Of a stretch of 64,000 bases of DNA, positions 60,027 through 64,000 are shown piece after piece (position 1 is the stretch's first letter; every line of letters starts with the position of its first letter). Position numbers and translations under genes: made by a program. The DNA is taken from IMG/VR virus record IMGVR_UViG_3300042448_002155, positions 49,715 through 113,714 of that record; one strand, 5' to 3'. The notes under the pieces are model-generated. The model was given only the letters and a program-made list of their open reading frames with translations. It did no database searches and had not been told where the DNA came from. The DNA comes from a virus.

Positions 60027-60144
60027 TTGGTAATTATTAGTAATTGAGTTGTTCCCCGGGGATTGGCAGAAATGCTGGTCCTCGGGGAAACTTCTTTTTT
60101 GAGTATAGGCCGTTGGTCTACTCTAATCCTGAAAGGGGATTGTT

Positions 60145-60429
60145 ATGAGTATGTTTGCAAAATATTGTACCCTCTGTGTCAAGAGGGGACGCAAGAATCC
60201 ACCTGCTCCAGTACATCGGAGTAAGGTCTGGGCATATTGCCATGACTGCTATGTAGAGCAGTTTCCAGCAATGGCCATCAAGCGGGGTTATATCGAAGCT
60301 CCGCCTAAGGCACCCCAACAGCCCAAGGAAAGGGTTATGGAAGTGTTTGTTCAGACTTCTCTCTTCGAGAAGGAGGAGAAGTTTAATATCCGCAAATTCG
60401 GTTGTGGATGTCAGGGTCTTCTGCCATAA
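60145..60429 (+). CDS. Zinc-finger-like protein (94 aa)
   Basis: CTLC...CHDC; GAAAGGGG RBS. Confidence 0.65.
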   Translation: MSMFAKYCTLCVKRGRKNPPAPVHRSKVWAYCHDCYVEQFPAMAIKRGYIEAPPKAPQQPKERVMEVFVQTSLFEKEEKFNIRKFGCGCQGLLP

Positions 60430-60552
60430 CGGTGGGAGATGCAAAGAGGCCTCAGATCCAGGGTAGCACCTGGGTCTGGGGTCTTTTTTATTATCAAAGT
60501 TTCTTTTTTGAGTATAGACCTCCGAACAACCGAAGAGGTCAGAAAGGTAATC

Positions 60553-63500
60553 ATGAAAGTTTCAACCACCACCAATAACAGTCCAAAGGAGGACGCCATG
60601 AAGCAAGCAAGAACTACTGGCAAGATCTACGCGGGTTCAGGCTCACGTAGCCTAAAGCTAGATGCGGAAATGTTCACTCGGGTGTTTAATCGCCTAATTG
60701 AAATGATTCGCGAAACCAAGCCAGCCATGCTTATCACAGGTATGGCTGAAGGTTTTGACGAAGCTCTGGCATTGGCAGCCATGGCTACCCAAACGCCATT
60801 GAAGGCCATGATCCCCTATAAGGGCTATGGCAATCACTATTGGGGTAAGGCATCCATTACTGGTCAGAGCCGTTTAACTGAGTACAGGGACATCCTTACC
60901 TATGCCCAGTCTACGGGAGGAGTGGAGTACATCTGCTCAGATAAGAAAGGCCCTGACGGTCGTTGGGCTATGACTCATCGCAATGAAGCCATGGCTAATG
61001 CTTGCCATAAGGCTTGGGTCTACAACCCTACTACGGCCGGGACAAAGCAGTTCCATGACTATTGCGTGGCCAACCAAATTCCGCACTACATCATCAAATT
61101 CAACGATGGGGAAGGCCCTGGGGATACACCTCAGACGCCAACCCCAGAAGGTCCAAAGGAGGACAAAGCAATGAAGAAATACCTAGTTAAGTACACAGAC
61201 GGCACTGAAGAGGTGATCGTCACGGACAAGGGAATCCTTGGATTAACCCAAGACCTCAAAGATGCAGGAAAGGGTTGTTCTATCAAAACCTATAAGGAGG
61301 AAGTTATGGAAATGACTCAGATCAAAACTGAGAAGCAAGTTACACCAGAGGCAGCTCTTATCAAGCGAGAACTGCTTAGCCCTGAAACTCAGGAGTGGTT
61401 ACTCTCCGTCTTGGAGAACGAGATTGCTCCAATGCTGGTCAAGGACATCAGTTCTTATGCGCCTGGTCGTATGCGGACCTGGATGCCGTACGAAGCTCCC
61501 CTTGATACGTCCGCTAGCAAGAACAAGCCATTCGTGCCCGGAGTCCTGCACGATGAGCTCTGGCAGTTCATCGTTGACCTATGCCACAAGCATGGGATGA
61601 AAGCGCAAACCTGTCTCATCTCAAAGGGTGGGAACATCAAACCTCACCGAGACACCACTTATGCTGATGCCTGGGCCATGGGCATAAATCTGGGTGTCTG
61701 CAACTGGCACATCAGCTCTACCCGAGATGGAGCCAAGCCGGACTTCACCATGAACCTTAAAGGAGGGGAAGTGTTTGCATTTAATAGTAAGCACGTACAT
61801 GCAGTGACAGACGCTGCATCAGACCGATGGGCAATCAATGTGTGGGCAATTGCTGACACAAAGGCAGCTCAGACCGCTCAAATTCATGAGCGAATCACTC
61901 AGATGCTTGAGGACAATCCTCGGGTAGCTGAATTCATCGACCATCACCAACCAGGTGCTGGCAAAACAGAAAGGGAGGAAGTCGTGGAGACACCTCAGAT
62001 CAAGGCCGTAGACGCATCCATTCAAGAAGTCATTGAACCAAATAAGGAGCAGAAAGTTATGGACACACCTCAGATCAAAGGAGATATGAATATGTACAGC
62101 TGGATTGAACAGCCAGATATGACTACCCATACCGGTTGGGATAAGGACCGCAAACAGGTCGACGCAATGTTCGGAGAGCAAATCCGGACAGTGTTGACCA
62201 ACAATCCAACGCCTAAGCAGCGTCAGGACATGGCAAACGCCACACTGGGCACTGGTGCAACGATCATTGATGCAGTCAAGGGACTGTGGATGATGCCTGT
62301 CAAGATGGGCGAATACATCTTCCCAATGCTTGAGCGTCTGGGCAATGCGGGAGTTAGGTTCACCCTAGAGGTGCACCCGCTCAAGTACGCAGCCCTCTGG
62401 TACGATGCCAGAACCGGATTCGAGACTCGCTTTGGGGACATCTGGTCCAACGGTGCAAACCTCAAATGGGTTGACGCAGCCCACCTCTACACCATTCGAC
62501 TGGAGGGCATTCCGGTTGGAACTGAGTTCGACTGGACTCAAGTAGGTCTAGAAGTAAAGGATGCAAAGAAGATGGGTAAGCGCCTTGCAGAGCTCACTCG
62601 TCTTGTGCATAAAGATGCATGGACATGGTTTCAGCACAAGGCTGTAATCATCAAGCCCGAGGTTGGGGCACTGGATCCTGCGTTCGAGATCATCAAGCAC
62701 GATGGCCTCAATGCCGTAAAGCGTTCTGCCCTACCTAAGGGTGTTCGCAAGTATGACCGAATCATGGGTCGTGTATTTTGCTCCATCGTTGTGGACGGAA
62801 AGACTGTCCCCGTACTCGTCAAGGGTGACTACTTGGTGGTCAATGATGACATGTGGATCCATGGACATGCTCATTTGGCTATCCACATGGAGAACGCTAA
62901 GACCGAGGTCACACTTGCTGCTGGCCAGAAAGATCTTGCTACCTGGTGGAATCATGAGCCTTTGCACGTGACCACATGGGATCAGCAAACTCTCATCAAC
63001 TACCCCAACATTCTGACCGTTGAGGATATGGAAGCTGACTACCTCCATGAGATGAATGGAATTGACGAGGCACTTAAGCAGGGACGTCTCCCAGGTCAGA
63101 CAGAAGTTGAGGACATAGAAGTCCATACCGATGCATTCGAGGTCGCACCTAAGGCTGACGAAATCGAAAAGCGTGAGTCTTTGGCAAAGTACGCCAAGGA
63201 TGCAGGTTTCGATCCTCGGATGTTTGAGAACCTCATCGGTATGTCACTGATGGGCTTCGTAGATAGCAAGTCACGTGAACTCCGCTTTGATGGAAACATG
63301 AAAGGCTTCCATGGTAAGCACATGGTGACCATGCGTAACTCATTCCGTGCAGGGTGCGTTACTCGCGAATTCCTAGAAGCTTTTGTTGGTGACGGAGCTT
63401 TTGCAGGAGTTTCCACGCCTACCTCACACGCTTATTATGATGAGCGTTGGGGCATGGTTTGGAATGGTGATCACTTCGCACGTTCCTTTGAACTGCACGG

Positions 63501-64000
63501 CACTCATGATGGTGACGATGTTCACTTCGTGTTGCCGATCAAGGTTTGGTCGAAAGATCCGACTACGATTGCTGCGCTTAAGGCTGCGGGAGTTCTTCTT
63601 CCGGGAGTATCTATCCCTAGCGTAGAGGCAAAGGCCAAAATGCTTCTCATTGTCTTCCGCATCCCCAATGGTGCTGGAGAGTACTCCTTAATGGAGTTTG
63701 ACTTTGCCACATGGCCTCAGACCATTGATTTCGACGAGTCTCTTGTCAAGACTCATGAGTTGAGCTTCCTCAGCGGTTGGGTCAAGCCTCAGTCAATGCT
63801 GATCCCGATCAATATGCCAGGACTTACCACTAGTCGTGTGTACAGCAAGACTGCTTATACCAAGGCAGATTTTGCCATGGACTTCAATGCACAGGTAGTC
63901 AATCCTGGCTTTGGTCAGTTGTGCAATGCTTTGGCTGCGTACAGTCACTTGACTCATGGGGATATCCCAACCTGCATGCCTGATAGCCTGGGCAACTGTG
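60553..64000 (+). CDS. Multidomain protein running off the right edge: YspA-like SLOG domain, 2OG-Fe(II) oxygenase domain and two-barrel RNA polymerase-like region (absent from ORF track)
   Basis: Hand translation has no stop codon up to 64000. SLOG: AGSGSR, ITGMAEGFD, RNEAM, AGT. 2OG: IKPHRD, HVHAV, RWAINVW. Polymerase-like: KKMGKRL, HDGLN, GRV...VKGD, HGTHDGDD, FRIPNGAGE, FGQLCN. Confidence 0.75.
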   Translation, partial: MKVSTTTNNSPKEDAMKQARTTGKIYAGSGSRSLKLDAEMFTRVFNRLIEMIRETKPAMLITGMAEGFDEALALAAMATQTPLKAMIPYKGYGNHYWGKASITGQSRLTEYRDILTYAQSTGGVEYICSDKKGPDGRWAMTHRNEAMANACHKAWVYNPTTAGTKQFHDYCVANQIPHYIIKFNDGEGPGDTPQTPTPEGPKEDKAMKKYLVKYTDGTEEVIVTDKGILGLTQDLKDAGKGCSIKTYKEEVMEMTQIKTEKQVTPEAALIKRELLSPETQEWLLSVLENEIAPMLVKDISSYAPGRMRTWMPYEAPLDTSASKNKPFVPGVLHDELWQFIVDLCHKHGMKAQTCLISKGGNIKPHRDTTYADAWAMGINLGVCNWHISSTRDGAKPDFTMNLKGGEVFAFNSKHVHAVTDAASDRWAINVWAIADTKAAQTAQIHERITQMLEDNPRVAEFIDHHQPGAGKTEREEVVETPQIKAVDASIQEVIEPNKEQKVMDTPQIKGDMNMYSWIEQPDMTTHTGWDKDRKQVDAMFGEQIRTVLTNNPTPKQRQDMANATLGTGATIIDAVKGLWMMPVKMGEYIFPMLERLGNAGVRFTLEVHPLKYAALWYDARTGFETRFGDIWSNGANLKWVDAAHLYTIRLEGIPVGTEFDWTQVGLEVKDAKKMGKRLAELTRLVHKDAWTWFQHKAVIIKPEVGALDPAFEIIKHDGLNAVKRSALPKGVRKYDRIMGRVFCSIVVDGKTVPVLVKGDYLVVNDDMWIHGHAHLAIHMENAKTEVTLAAGQKDLATWWNHEPLHVTTWDQQTLINYPNILTVEDMEADYLHEMNGIDEALKQGRLPGQTEVEDIEVHTDAFEVAPKADEIEKRESLAKYAKDAGFDPRMFENLIGMSLMGFVDSKSRELRFDGNMKGFHGKHMVTMRNSFRAGCVTREFLEAFVGDGAFAGVSTPTSHAYYDERWGMVWNGDHFARSFELHGTHDGDDVHFVLPIKVWSKDPTTIAALKAAGVLLPGVSIPSVEAKAKMLLIVFRIPNGAGEYSLMEFDFATWPQTIDFDESLVKTHELSFLSGWVKPQSMLIPINMPGLTTSRVYSKTAYTKADFAMDFNAQVVNPGFGQLCNALAAYSHLTHGDIPTCMPDSLGNC

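Larger units (their letters stand above)
58166..60520 (+). repeat. Seven intergenic hairpin + TTTTTTGAKKATAGRYC cassettes
   Basis: Copies start at about 58166, 58411, 58871, 59359, 59788, 60046 and 60450/60501; core AAGAAGTTGTTTCCCCTGGGG-loop-GGGGGAAACTTCTTTTTTGAGGATAG. Confidence 0.9.

Noticed and set aside
58166-60520. Repeat array as a CRISPR array
   Set aside because: The intervals are about 190-430 nt, unequal, and contain ORFs with ribosome-binding sites; the repeats look like terminators; no cas genes in the window
58166-60520. Repeats as integron attC sites
   Set aside because: No RYYYAAC...GTTRRRY ends and no integrase in the window; UUCG/GAAA loops and U-tracts point to RNA hairpins
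60411-63710. Short ORFs listed in 60.4-63.7 kb
   Set aside because: They overlap the continuous plus-strand frame from 60553, which the track omitted because it has no stop codon in the window
1-64000. Stop-codon reassignment, tRNA genes, or introns/inteins in terL, recA or the capsid gene
   Set aside because: Genes are full length and densely packed under the standard code, with TAA, TAG and TGA all used as stops; no cloverleaf or splicing motifs were noticed by eye

Overview
This window is part of a large tailed-phage genome with myovirus-type (contractile tail) architecture that recalls Bacillus phage G-like jumbo phages. The host cannot be determined from the sequence. Bases 1-53,100 are almost entirely minus-strand virion morphogenesis genes: terminase, portal, protease/scaffold, decoration protein, major capsid, neck, two sheath-like and three tube-like genes, two tail chaperones, a tape-measure-like protein, fibres, several Gly/Ala-rich putative internal proteins, and a Clp-type ATPase. 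A plus-strand block follows with recA and an ADP-ribosyltransferase-like protein. After an A/T-rich gap at about 57.2-57.4 kb comes a visibly GC-richer, early-like region of short genes, each preceded by a repeated hairpin + TTTTTTGAKKATAGRYC element. That region leads into an ORF missing from the supplied track (60553 to >64000). The main candidate for a new system is a self-contained phage transcription apparatus. The 1617-aa protein in the tail module and the C-terminal part of the 60553 ORF share an ordered set of YonO/RdRP-like two-barrel polymerase motifs, with a non-canonical DxDD acidic motif that lies before RxP rather than after it. They may be a virion and a non-virion RNA polymerase. 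The second is fused to SLOG and 2OG-Fe(II) domains and has nested in-frame start sites. A separate observation is a 22-nt sequence complementary to 23S rRNA helix 69, located 6 nt after the major capsid stop codon. All functional calls come from motif reading by eye; no searches were run.
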